Assembly: GCA_964586045.1 (NCBI GenBank)
Contig: CAZPFY010000003.1
Location: forward strand, 1-54,549
Length of the DNA stretch: 54,549 bases
DNA from: an uncultured Pseudomonadales bacterium
Lineage (GTDB): Bacteria > Patescibacteriota > Microgenomatia > UBA1400 > MFAQ01
Direction of reading: 5' to 3'
How positions within the stretch are numbered: position 1 is the first letter of the stretch; each line of letters starts with the position of its first letter. The notes under the pieces are model-generated. The model was not told where the DNA came from and did no database searches. It was given only the letters and a program-made list of their open reading frames with translations. This document shows, piece by piece, positions 34,454 through 43,467 of this stretch. A program made the translations under genes and the position numbers.

Positions 34454-35659
34454 ATGGATAATGTCAAGAAAAAGGAATTAATTGAGTCCCTCGTCACTCG
34501 AGGAGTGGAAAATATTATTCCTAGTAAGGATAAGCTGTTGGAACTGCTTAACTCTGGGAAAACCTTAAACGTATATTTGGGAATAGACCCGACGGCTACA
34601 AGAATTCATTTGGGACATGCTTTTCCCTTGCGAAAGTTACAGATTTTGGCTGATTTGGGACATAATGTAACATTTTTGATAGGCGACTTTACAGCAAAAG
34701 TGGGAGACACTTCGGATAAAGAGACAGAAAGACCAGTGCTTACGGATGAAGAAATAAAGGTAAATTTTGAAACATATAAACGACAAGCAGAAAAGTTTTT
34801 GGATTTTGACAAAGTTAAAGTGCATCATAATAGTGAATGGCTTAGTAAGCTGAACTTTGGAGAAGTATTAAAATTGACACAAAACTTTTCTTTGAATGAC
34901 TTTATTGGTAGAGAGCTGGTTAAAAAAAGATTAGCAGAAGGTAAAAGAGTAAGCTTACCAGAAACTTTGTATCCAATAATGCAGGGGTATGATAGTTACT
35001 TTTTGGATACAGATATTCAACTCGGAGGAACTGATCAAACATTTAACATGCAAGCCGGAAGAACATTGCAGAAAAACCTAAGAGAAAGAGAAAGTTTTGT
35101 GATGGCTAACGGATTTTTGCCTGGAACAGATGGAAGAAAAATGAGTAAAACTTGGGGGAACGCTGTATGGATAGAGGATTCTCCTGAAGATATTTATGGC
35201 AAAATAATGTCCATAGCTGACGACGTAATTGGGACTTACTATGAAATGGGAACGAATGCTAAAACGGAAATAATTGAGGAGGCTAAAGAGAGATTGGCAA
35301 CAGGAGAAAACCCCATGATTCTAAAAAAGGAACTGGCAAAACTAATAGTAAGAGAACTGCACGGCTTTATGGCCGTAAAAACAGCAGAAGATCACTTTCA
35401 AAAAACAGTGGTGGAGAAAACTGCCGGTGAAGAAACAAAAGAAGTAAAGGTAGAATTTCCTTTGACGGTGATGGGAGGAGAGAATAGTTTGATGGCTATA
35501 CTTTTGGACAATAGATTAATTAGTAGTAATTCGGAGTTTAAAATTCTTTTGGCAGAAGGGGCTATATATATGGATGAAGTAAGGCTGGTTAGAGAGCAAA
35601 GTATACTTAAGCCTGGGGTGGTGAGAGTGGGGAAGAGAAAGTATTTGAAGTTGGTTTGA
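34454..35659 (+). CDS. tyrS: tyrosyl-tRNA synthetase (copy 1)
   Basis: 401 aa; YLGIDPT, HLGH, VGDTSDK, LYPIMQGYD, KMSKT, C-terminal S4-like domain; TAAAAT 7 nt before the ATG. Confidence 0.9.
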   Translation: MDNVKKKELIESLVTRGVENIIPSKDKLLELLNSGKTLNVYLGIDPTATRIHLGHAFPLRKLQILADLGHNVTFLIGDFTAKVGDTSDKETERPVLTDEEIKVNFETYKRQAEKFLDFDKVKVHHNSEWLSKLNFGEVLKLTQNFSLNDFIGRELVKKRLAEGKRVSLPETLYPIMQGYDSYFLDTDIQLGGTDQTFNMQAGRTLQKNLRERESFVMANGFLPGTDGRKMSKTWGNAVWIEDSPEDIYGKIMSIADDVIGTYYEMGTNAKTEIIEEAKERLATGENPMILKKELAKLIVRELHGFMAVKTAEDHFQKTVVEKTAGEETKEVKVEFPLTVMGGENSLMAILLDNRLISSNSEFKILLAEGAIYMDEVRLVREQSILKPGVVRVGKRKYLKLV

Positions 35660-35790
35660 TATAATACTAATGATGACTAAATTTGTTGTAGACATCCATC
35701 ATCGCCATGTTTGCCATTTGCTTGGTGGGGTTTAACGGATTTTGCTTAACGAAGATAAACCCCGCAAGAAGCGGGGTTTGTCGTTATTTG
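35657..35790 (+). promoter_or_regulatory. candidate His leader-peptide attenuator upstream of hisS
   Basis: TGaTATAAT (35657-65). ORF 35670/35673..35735 encodes M(M)TKFVVDIHHRHVCHLLGGV. GGGGTTT (35727-33, overlapping the stop) is complementary to AAACCCC, the 5' arm of terminator AAACCCCGC-aagaa-GCGGGGTTT (35757-79). Confidence 0.4.
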
Positions 35791-35822
35791 GAGGTATTAT
35801 TAGATATATAAAATAAAAAAAT

Positions 35823-37025
35823 ATGGAAATACAAACACTAAAAGGATTTAGAGATTTTTTGCCTGAAGAGGCAAGGAAGCGCCAGTGGGTGAAAAACAAA
35901 ATGATTGAGGTAGCTGAAAGATGGGGTTATGAACCGATCGAAACGCCAACCCTTGAACCATATTCGCTTTTTAAAGGAGAGGTTGGAGAAGACGAAAAAC
36001 TTTTTTATAAATTTGTCGATAATGGTGGGCGAGAGGTTATGCTTCGATATGACCAAACTGTGCCGACATGTCGTTTTGTGGCCAATAATTTAAATTCTTT
36101 AACTATGCCGTTTAGACGTTATCAATGTCAGTCTGTATTCCGTGCTGAGAATCCACAAAAGGGACGATATCGTGATCCTATTCAATTTGATGTAGATATT
36201 TATGGAATCGCTTCTCCAACAGCTGACGCTGAGGTTATGGCAGAAAATTTGGATACATATTTGAGCTTAGGATTTAAAAAACCTGTGGTTCTGTTAAATA
36301 ACAGAGATTTAATGAAAGAAATTCCTTATGAAGCAATCGTAGCAATAGATAAGCTTAAAAAAATTGGTAAAGACGGCGTTATACAAGACATGTTAAATAA
36401 GGGGATTGGAAAAATACAAGCAGATATGTATTTTGAACAAGTGCAAAATATAAAACCAGATGAAACGATTAATACAATTATTTCCTACTTGGAAAAATCG
36501 GGATTTGGTAAAGAATTTTACAGATTTGAGCCGACTCTGGCGCGTTCTTTTTCATATTCTCAAGGACCTATTTGGGAAATGGTAATTGAAGACTATACAG
36601 CTGGTTCTGTTGGTGGCGGTGAAAGATATGATGGTTTGATGGAAAGGCTAACTGGTATGAAAATTCCAGCGACAGGGATTGGTATGGGTTTTGATCGTAC
36701 CGTTGAGGCGGCGGATTTACTTGGATTGATTCCAACTACACAAACAAAAACAAAAGTTTTAGTTACTGCATTTTCCTCTGAGCAAAGAGATAAGGCTATA
36801 GAAACGGCATGTTATTTCCGTGCAGAAGGCGTTAACGCAGAGCTGTACCCTGAAGATAGCAAAATAGATAAGCAATTAAAGTACGGAAACAAAAAGGGAA
36901 TTCCTTATGTCGTAATTATAGGAGCTGATGAAGTGAAGGTTGGAAAAGTATCTCTTAAAAATATGAAGACAGGGGAGCAAGAGATGATAACGATCGAAGA
37001 AGTGATGAAAAAATATCTTGATTAG
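35823..37025 (+). CDS. hisS: histidyl-tRNA synthetase
   Basis: 400 aa class II; RYDQTVPTCRF, FRAENPQKGRYRDPIQFDVDIYG, GGGERYD, C-terminal anticodon-binding domain. Confidence 0.9.
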   Translation: MEIQTLKGFRDFLPEEARKRQWVKNKMIEVAERWGYEPIETPTLEPYSLFKGEVGEDEKLFYKFVDNGGREVMLRYDQTVPTCRFVANNLNSLTMPFRRYQCQSVFRAENPQKGRYRDPIQFDVDIYGIASPTADAEVMAENLDTYLSLGFKKPVVLLNNRDLMKEIPYEAIVAIDKLKKIGKDGVIQDMLNKGIGKIQADMYFEQVQNIKPDETINTIISYLEKSGFGKEFYRFEPTLARSFSYSQGPIWEMVIEDYTAGSVGGGERYDGLMERLTGMKIPATGIGMGFDRTVEAADLLGLIPTTQTKTKVLVTAFSSEQRDKAIETACYFRAEGVNAELYPEDSKIDKQLKYGNKKGIPYVVIIGADEVKVGKVSLKNMKTGEQEMITIEEVMKKYLD

Positions 37026-38464
37026 AAATTATTAATTATTTGTTGATGAATTTCTTTTGTTTTTTGTAATAGTGTTTTGGTTCCTTTGTTTGGTTTGAGG
37101 ATAATTTTAGGTATGCCATTTTTAAATACAATGTGAGAGCCTAGATAACCAAATTCTGTTTGAGTTGAAACTCTATTAATTTTTGAACTTGATATATTAA
37201 GTATTGATTTTATGACTGATACTATTTCGTGAACTGGTCCGAACCTTGTTCTCTCAGTATGTTTTCTTATTTCTGGGGAATAGTTTTTTACAAAGTTTAA
37301 AACCTTTAAGTTTGTCGTTGGGAAAAGAAGATTTTTCTTGCGCTTTACAATAATTATTTTGTCTCCATGTTCACCAATCACATCAAAACCTTTTTGTTTT
37401 TGGACTTTGAGTCTACTATAGTCCAACCCAAGACCTACTCCATATATCTGATGAGATGAAAGTGAAAAGTTGCTTGATTTGAGAAGTGTTGACGCGAGAA
37501 TGTCTACGGGATTTGTAACTACAAGTATGGTTCCAGCAAAGGATCTTAGGGATTTGGGAGAGAATAAATGTTTAATAGCTTCAGCGTTAGTTGAGAATTT
37601 GTTGAACCTTTCGTTGTCTGATTTGACATTTACAGGCGGATTGGGTGAATTAAAACATATAACAACGATATTGCTCTTCCTTAGCAATGAACTAGATGAT
37701 TTATATATAGTAATTTTCTTTCTTGGATTTGCGCTTTTTAGATCCAGAACTATTGATTTTAGTCTTAATATATTTCTTGAGTACAAATTAATATTCTTTA
37801 TCCAATTTTTACCAACTAGTAGGTTCGCCAGATCTTGACCAATTGTTCCTACCCCAATAATGCCAATTGTTTTTTTAGGACTCCAATTAATACTTTTTAT
37901 TAAATGAAGAAACCATTTTTGAGGAGTGCTTCTGTTTCCAAGACACAAATGCTTGTCAAAAATTTTTTTAAAAATTTTCTTGGAAGTTTTTCTTATAAGA
38001 GTTTTCTTATCGATATCTGGAATTGCTTTGTAATAAATTTGAAGTAACTCCTTTCTTGTACTTTTGAAAACATCTCGAATATCTTCTGGTATTAAAAAAA
38101 TAATTTGATCTACTTTAGACTTTGTTTTTAATTTGTTTTTGTCTCTATAATTTATGTCTCCGGCATATATATTATTATTTGTTACCCAGGTGGCAACGAA
38201 GTCGTTTGCAAGAATCTTGAATCCAGATTCTTTAAATATTTCTGATAAAGTAGATTTCCCTGATTTTGAAGGACCTGATATTAAATAACATCTTTTCCCA
38301 TTTGTAATCAAAGTTGAATGTAATACTAGATATTTTGAAGAAATTTTTCGTGTAATTTGAAGCCTAATGCCTTTTTTTTCTTTGGCAGAAAGCGTCTTTT
38401 TGTTCAAATGAAACCTAAACATTTTTTTTGTTCCAGCAATAGAAAACAAATGTATGTAGGTCAT
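37022..38464 (-). CDS. fusion protein: N-terminal HprK-like P-loop domain plus C-terminal lactate/malate dehydrogenase-like domain
   Basis: 480 aa; LISGPSKSGKSTL P-loop; IGIIGVGTIGQDLA (Rossmann), VVTNPVDILA, LDYSRL, IGEHGD (LDH/MDH catalytic His); much lower G+C and K/N/I/S-rich composition compared with neighbours. Confidence 0.55.
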   Translation of the reverse strand: MTYIHLFSIAGTKKMFRFHLNKKTLSAKEKKGIRLQITRKISSKYLVLHSTLITNGKRCYLISGPSKSGKSTLSEIFKESGFKILANDFVATWVTNNNIYAGDINYRDKNKLKTKSKVDQIIFLIPEDIRDVFKSTRKELLQIYYKAIPDIDKKTLIRKTSKKIFKKIFDKHLCLGNRSTPQKWFLHLIKSINWSPKKTIGIIGVGTIGQDLANLLVGKNWIKNINLYSRNILRLKSIVLDLKSANPRKKITIYKSSSSLLRKSNIVVICFNSPNPPVNVKSDNERFNKFSTNAEAIKHLFSPKSLRSFAGTILVVTNPVDILASTLLKSSNFSLSSHQIYGVGLGLDYSRLKVQKQKGFDVIGEHGDKIIIVKRKKNLLFPTTNLKVLNFVKNYSPEIRKHTERTRFGPVHEIVSVIKSILNISSSKINRVSTQTEFGYLGSHIVFKNGIPKIILKPNKGTKTLLQKTKEIHQQIINNF

Positions 38465-38534
38465 TTATATCGATATGTTATCACGACTTATACTGAATGT
38501 TGACTTTTGAAATAAAAGATATATGATCAGTTTA

Positions 38535-38816
38535 AAGCTTAGAAGGAGAGAAAGTAGGCTTCCTTGGTGACACAAGAGAACTCGTGGCTGGTGAAAGCGA
38601 GTCGAACAAGGTGAGTTGAATTACCCTCTGGAGCAGATCTAGCCAAACTAGATACGGATTCTAACCGTAAAGTAGAAAAAGTATGTCACCCAAAATAGGG
38701 TAACGGAGTACTTATTAAGTCTGGAGCTGTGAAGCTCTAGAAATGCAAGGTGGTACCGTCTTGTTAAAAGACCCTTGTCTAATCCTAATTTTATTGGGGT
38801 TTGACGAGGGTTTTTT
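38535..38816 (+). promoter_or_regulatory. T-box riboswitch leader
   Basis: Promoter TTGACT (38500-05), 16 nt, TATGAT (38522-27). Stem I has an AGUA/GAA S-turn, AGAGAA bulge and GGUGAAAG distal loop, followed by Stem II/III hairpins. Antiterminator CAAGG-UGGUACC-GUC..GAC-CCUUG (38746-76). Terminator ACCCUUGUC/GACGAGGGU plus U5 (38771-38816). Confidence 0.85.
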
Positions 38817-38848
38817 GTTATCAATATATTACTTAAATAAACATAAAA

Positions 38849-41146
38849 ATGGAAAAACTAAGAAGGGTTGATCAAATTTCGACTCACGAAGTGGAGAACA
38901 AGATTTGTGAGATAAATGCCAGAAAAGAGCTAGTGTTCAAAGCTGGGCTATTTTCTGATGACAACAATGACGAGTTCAAAGTTGTTTTGGGTAATGGAGA
39001 AGAGGTGGGTATTTTTAAAACTTGGGCAGTTCCTGTCATCCCAATGCTCGAAACTGGTAGTGGGAGAGAAATATCGTGGAATGAACTCGAGATGTGGAAA
39101 GAAAGAATGAGAGCAAACCCAGTACTACTATGGGAAACGTTGGAAAAGTGGAGGAGTAGAACCGAAGCTGACGACAGAAGGCTTTGTATCATATTTAACG
39201 AGAGAGAACTTCCGAAGGGAAAAGTTGATCGAGTTAGTGAATTAGCAATGAGATTGAAAATTGCTTTTGGAAGTGCGTCTCCGTTTTACCATATTGAAGC
39301 GATGGTGGGCGATGGTAATTTTACGCCAGGAAATCCGTTTGTTGGAGATTTGGGGACAGGACAAGAAGGTGGTTTCTTGGATATGGCGGGGATGCTGTTG
39401 CCATCTGCTTTGGGTGATATGGTAAAGGCAGAGAAGTTAAACTGGAACTCTCTGGACTGGGAAAAAATCAAGAAACAAGTAGATCAAAACTCAGATATTT
39501 CAAGAATGGCTGCTTTGATGCGAATTGCACGGGTGGCTGGCCTAAAGACTGAAGAGGTTCTTTTTGCGGCCAATGCGCTTGAATGGATTCCTGTGAGTGT
39601 GGGTGGGAAAAAGGGTGACTTGCCTGAAGAACTGGCGATGCAAGAATTGCTATCAAGTGACATCAGAAAAGAAAAGCTAACTTTGGGGGCAGTGGCCAGA
39701 GATATGAATGGATTGGTGCGTTTCTTGAACTGGACTCCATTAGTAATAAATGAAGTTAATTTTACTCACGCTGCGTGGTGGAAGTACGCAGCTGTTTGCG
39801 AAACTTCAAACCAGATAATTGAAGAGTTGTCGGATGGTTCATTAATTGTCCCTGAGCATAGACAAGAGTTCTTGGAAGTGGTTTTGCCACAGTTAAAGAA
39901 TTTGGATGCTTCCTCGGCAAGGGGGAGATTTGCTCTATGGATGTTGGAGAATGGCTGGTTGGATAAAAGTATTCTCGAAAGATTGGGTAAATTGGAAAAC
40001 AGAATGGTTGGCGAGGTGGCAAAAAGAATGGTGGGGTTGGAAAAAGACAATGAAGTTATTAAGTTGGGAGAAAGTAACAATCGTTTCTTGGTGGGTGGAA
40101 AAGCAGCTGGTTTAGGTGAAGTGGCTGAGATATTTGGAAAAGAGTTTGTTGGAGATGCGGTGGTTGTAACTAGTGAGTGTGTCACTAGATGGTTGAACGA
40201 TCAAGGTAAATTGCAAGAGCTGGTCAATCAATTGGTCAAAGAAGAAGATGTAAATAAAAAATTACGTTTGGCAGAAAAGATTAGAAGCGGTTTGGCTAGA
40301 CTAGTGTTTTCGGATATAGTTGTGGATAAGGTTGTGGGTCAAATCAAAGGTTCTTCTTTTGCGGTTCGATCATCGTCGTTTGATGAAGACACCTTGGTAA
40401 ATGGAACAGCAGCGGGAATTTATGAGAGCGAGATTGGGGTTACAAGAGAGGAGCTGGGGGTAAAACTAGTAGAGGTAATAAGCTCGTTTTTTTCTGAGAA
40501 AGCGGTGAGTTACAGACACTTGCACGGATTGTCAGATGAGCCCGTGTTTGCAGTTGTAGTTCAAGAATACATATCTGGTAGTGGTGGAGTGGTTTTTTCA
40601 AGTGGAAACAGTCGAGATTGGTCAGTTTTTACAGGTGAAACTCCCGGTCATGTGGTGGGAGGTGAAAACAAATTTGATTCGGAGACTGTTGAGAATGGAA
40701 AACTTGAAAGTAATGTGAGATTTGGTTGGGTAGATCCAGAAATTATGTCCCAGATTGGAAATATGGCGATACTGGCAGAGACCGTATTGGGAGGAAAAAC
40801 TGATATGGAGTTTGTGGTAGGTGAAAAAGGAGTCAGGATTTTGCAGCTAAGAATGTTAAATTCGGCTGAAGAGAGAGGTGGTACCAAAAAGCGACCTGCG
40901 GAGAGATGGTATGAGTTGCGAGGAGGTTCTGATATAAGTGGTGTAATTTTTCAGGAATCCTCTGTAGGGTTGGTGCTTGCTGAAGATATAAATATTGATC
41001 AGTTTCAAGGAGAGCTTTTTCGGTGTCTGATAAAAAATAAAGATAAGGTGTCTGAGCTAAACTTACCTCATAGAATCCCGCAAACTAGCCACTTTGCCAA
41101 TATATGTCTGAACTTGGGTATAAAATTATCTTTTAGAAATGAATAA
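38849..41146 (+). CDS. unknown N-terminal region (~400 aa) fused to a PPDK_N-type (PEP/pyruvate-binding) ATP-grasp domain
   Basis: 765 aa; C-terminal half has VGGKAAGLGE, FAVRSSSFDEDT, FFSEKAVSYR, AVVVQEYISGSGGVVFS; no swivel-His or PEP-utilizer C-terminal domain; first gene after the T-box. Confidence 0.6.
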   Translation: MEKLRRVDQISTHEVENKICEINARKELVFKAGLFSDDNNDEFKVVLGNGEEVGIFKTWAVPVIPMLETGSGREISWNELEMWKERMRANPVLLWETLEKWRSRTEADDRRLCIIFNERELPKGKVDRVSELAMRLKIAFGSASPFYHIEAMVGDGNFTPGNPFVGDLGTGQEGGFLDMAGMLLPSALGDMVKAEKLNWNSLDWEKIKKQVDQNSDISRMAALMRIARVAGLKTEEVLFAANALEWIPVSVGGKKGDLPEELAMQELLSSDIRKEKLTLGAVARDMNGLVRFLNWTPLVINEVNFTHAAWWKYAAVCETSNQIIEELSDGSLIVPEHRQEFLEVVLPQLKNLDASSARGRFALWMLENGWLDKSILERLGKLENRMVGEVAKRMVGLEKDNEVIKLGESNNRFLVGGKAAGLGEVAEIFGKEFVGDAVVVTSECVTRWLNDQGKLQELVNQLVKEEDVNKKLRLAEKIRSGLARLVFSDIVVDKVVGQIKGSSFAVRSSSFDEDTLVNGTAAGIYESEIGVTREELGVKLVEVISSFFSEKAVSYRHLHGLSDEPVFAVVVQEYISGSGGVVFSSGNSRDWSVFTGETPGHVVGGENKFDSETVENGKLESNVRFGWVDPEIMSQIGNMAILAETVLGGKTDMEFVVGEKGVRILQLRMLNSAEERGGTKKRPAERWYELRGGSDISGVIFQESSVGLVLAEDINIDQFQGELFRCLIKNKDKVSELNLPHRIPQTSHFANICLNLGIKLSFRNE

Positions 41147-41873
41147 AATTAAAGAAGAAACTATAAAAAAAGTTGGAGAAGCAGCTGTGAAGTTGGATTG
41201 GGAACTGGCTTTTGGCGGTAAGTCATATGGCAATAGGCATCTGTTTAGGGTAAACAAAATTGCAAAGTTCTTGCAGAAGAAAGAGGGGGGGGATTTGGAT
41301 ATTGTACTTTTGGGAGCTTGGGTTCATGATGTAGCTCTGGTAGCGGGAAGTGATTATGAACAAGATCGGGTAAGGATGGAGACAACAAAGTTCTTGCAAA
41401 AGTTTGATGAACTTGATGAAGTTATAAAAGAGAAGGTTGTATTGTGTGCTGTGGAACACGAAAGTGAGAGTGAGGTGGCATCAATAGAAGCTAAGATTGT
41501 TCATGATGCGGATGCGCTGGATAAATGTGGTCCCTTGGGGGTAATAAGACATATTTGGAAAATGACAAATATGTTGGAAAACCATCCCCTGACAGAAATT
41601 TCTGACTTGAGTAATCTTGAAAAACATTTGGAAAGTAGGAGAGTAAATTTGCAAACTGATTTTGCCAAAAAGATTGCCAAAGATCTTAACATCTTTGCGG
41701 TATTATTTTTTGTAAATAAGGATCACGCCTTGAAACAAATGAAGGAAATTTCTCGTCTGGCTTGGGAGGGAAAAACTTCTGATAAGATTGCAGAAAGGTT
41801 GGTAAAAAATAACAAAGGTAGTTGGTTTGATGAATTAAAGAAGCAGCTTGACACCGGTATGGTTGAGGTATAG
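41139..41873 (+). CDS. HD-domain phosphohydrolase
   Basis: 244 aa; H..(GAWVHDVAL)..(IVHDADALDK) HD-superfamily pattern; start overlaps the upstream stop (ATGAATAA). Confidence 0.7.
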   Translation: MNKIKEETIKKVGEAAVKLDWELAFGGKSYGNRHLFRVNKIAKFLQKKEGGDLDIVLLGAWVHDVALVAGSDYEQDRVRMETTKFLQKFDELDEVIKEKVVLCAVEHESESEVASIEAKIVHDADALDKCGPLGVIRHIWKMTNMLENHPLTEISDLSNLEKHLESRRVNLQTDFAKKIAKDLNIFAVLFFVNKDHALKQMKEISRLAWEGKTSDKIAERLVKNNKGSWFDELKKQLDTGMVEV

Positions 41874-41922
41874 GATACGTCAAGATGATAAATAGTTATT
41901 ACTATTTTATTGGTAGTATTTG

Positions 41923-41955
41923 AAAAAAGGGCACCGGTTGGTGCCCTTTTTTTTT
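41923..41955. terminator. strong intrinsic terminator after the T-box operon
   Basis: A6-GGGCACC-ggtt-GGTGCCC-T9. Confidence 0.8.
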
Positions 41956-41977
41956 ATTAATTAATATATAAAAACAA

Positions 41978-43447
41978 ATGGCAAAAAGGATAGAAGAGGT
42001 AAGAAAGTACTTTGTTAATCCTGAAGATCCTGGTTCAGTAGAGAAACTGGCTGGATTAGGTGCCGACACAATCAGGGTGATGGCGGATATATATGCTTCG
42101 GGTGGAGATGTTGAAAAGATGAACTCTAATTCGGTCGAATGGATGGAGAGAAATGGTGGCGATGAAGTATCTCAAGTAATTGGCGAGTTGTTGTCCAGGG
42201 AAGCAGAAACAAGAAGATTTGATAATAAATTTATGGGACAGATTCATCCCCAGGGGAATATGGTGGGTATTTTGGGTAACCTGGTGGCAGCTTACATGAA
42301 TACAAATACCATTGTGAAGGAGGTGTCGATGTCTGAGCATAAGATGGAGGGAGAGGTTGTTGGGTGGTTGGGGGATATGTTTGGTTATAAAAAAAATGAG
42401 TTTAGTGGTAATGTGGTGACAGATGGAACCTTGGCAAGCTTGACTGCTTTGTGGGTGGCTAGAGCAAAAAAAGTAAAGGAGATCACTGATCGGGGTGATG
42501 ATCCAAACAAAACAATAATGCATGTATTGGTAAACGATATGAAGCATTATTCAATTGATAAATCTTGTGAAATTTTGGGAACAAATATAAAAGTGGATGT
42601 TTTGAGTAGAAATGGATATAAAACAGATTTAAATTCATGTGCTGAAATAATAAGAGAAGTTTGGGAAAAGGGCGAAGAGGTGATGGCGATTGTGGGTCTT
42701 GCTGGTGAAACCGAGACGGCGGAAGTTGACAATCTTTTTGGTTTGGCTCAAATCTCTCGTGCTAATGGAATCTACTTACATGTAGACGCTGCTTATGGTG
42801 GCCCCTTTGTTTTGTCATCAAGAAATTCTCTTTTTCGAGGAATTGAACTGGCAGATTCGATAACTGTCGATCCGCATAAGATGTTGTACGTACCATATCA
42901 GGCTGGGGTTGTGCTTTTTAGGGATAAAAAAGATCACGCTCTTATTCAAAAGAATGCGAGGTATTTGCAGCCAGAAGAAAATGAAGGCCTGTTAGGAGAT
43001 CCGGATAAAAGAAATTATGGTTTTGCGGCAAGAGTTGAGGGCTCGATGGGGGCTGGTGGAGTTTTGTCGACTTGGGCAACCCTACGACTATTGGGGTCTG
43101 AAGGAGTGACAGCCCTATTAGAACATGACTTGGAGCTGACAAGGTATTGTTTTGAGAGGGTAAGCGCGTCAGAGATTTTGAGGCCGATTCATGTTCCAGA
43201 ACTAAACACATTACTCATAGGCTTGAGGAGTAACTTTGGTTTAGACGGAATGAATTACAAGAAATTGATGGAAAAAGTCCAAACCTCTGTGGATAAGAAA
43301 TACGGATATTATATTTCGGTGAATGGTGAGGTTGATAACGGCTGGTCTGCGTTTAGATTTGTGGCGATGCACCCCTGGACAACAGAACAAGATGTTGAAA
43401 CACTAATAACGTTATTAGAAAAAGAAGTGGTTGCAAGTATTTATTAA
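41978..43447 (+). CDS. PLP-dependent amino-acid decarboxylase, group II
   Basis: 489 aa; HVDAAYGG, SITVDPHKMLYVPYQAG (PLP lysine in HK), fold-type I layout. Confidence 0.8.
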   Translation: MAKRIEEVRKYFVNPEDPGSVEKLAGLGADTIRVMADIYASGGDVEKMNSNSVEWMERNGGDEVSQVIGELLSREAETRRFDNKFMGQIHPQGNMVGILGNLVAAYMNTNTIVKEVSMSEHKMEGEVVGWLGDMFGYKKNEFSGNVVTDGTLASLTALWVARAKKVKEITDRGDDPNKTIMHVLVNDMKHYSIDKSCEILGTNIKVDVLSRNGYKTDLNSCAEIIREVWEKGEEVMAIVGLAGETETAEVDNLFGLAQISRANGIYLHVDAAYGGPFVLSSRNSLFRGIELADSITVDPHKMLYVPYQAGVVLFRDKKDHALIQKNARYLQPEENEGLLGDPDKRNYGFAARVEGSMGAGGVLSTWATLRLLGSEGVTALLEHDLELTRYCFERVSASEILRPIHVPELNTLLIGLRSNFGLDGMNYKKLMEKVQTSVDKKYGYYISVNGEVDNGWSAFRFVAMHPWTTEQDVETLITLLEKEVVASIY

Positions 43448-43467
43448 ATTATTATTTACAAGGACAG

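Noticed and set aside
34258-34497. 79-aa minus-strand ORF in the gap upstream of tyrS.
   Set aside because: It overlaps the tyrS start and has hydrophobic low-complexity composition. The + strand 56-codon AbrB-like ORF with a -10/N6/ATG layout explains the region better.
35809-35822. hisS as strictly dependent on read-through from the candidate attenuator.
   Set aside because: An A/T-rich TAAAAT-like box lies 8 nt before the hisS ATG, so an independent leaderless promoter cannot be excluded. The attenuator is therefore reported only as a hypothesis.
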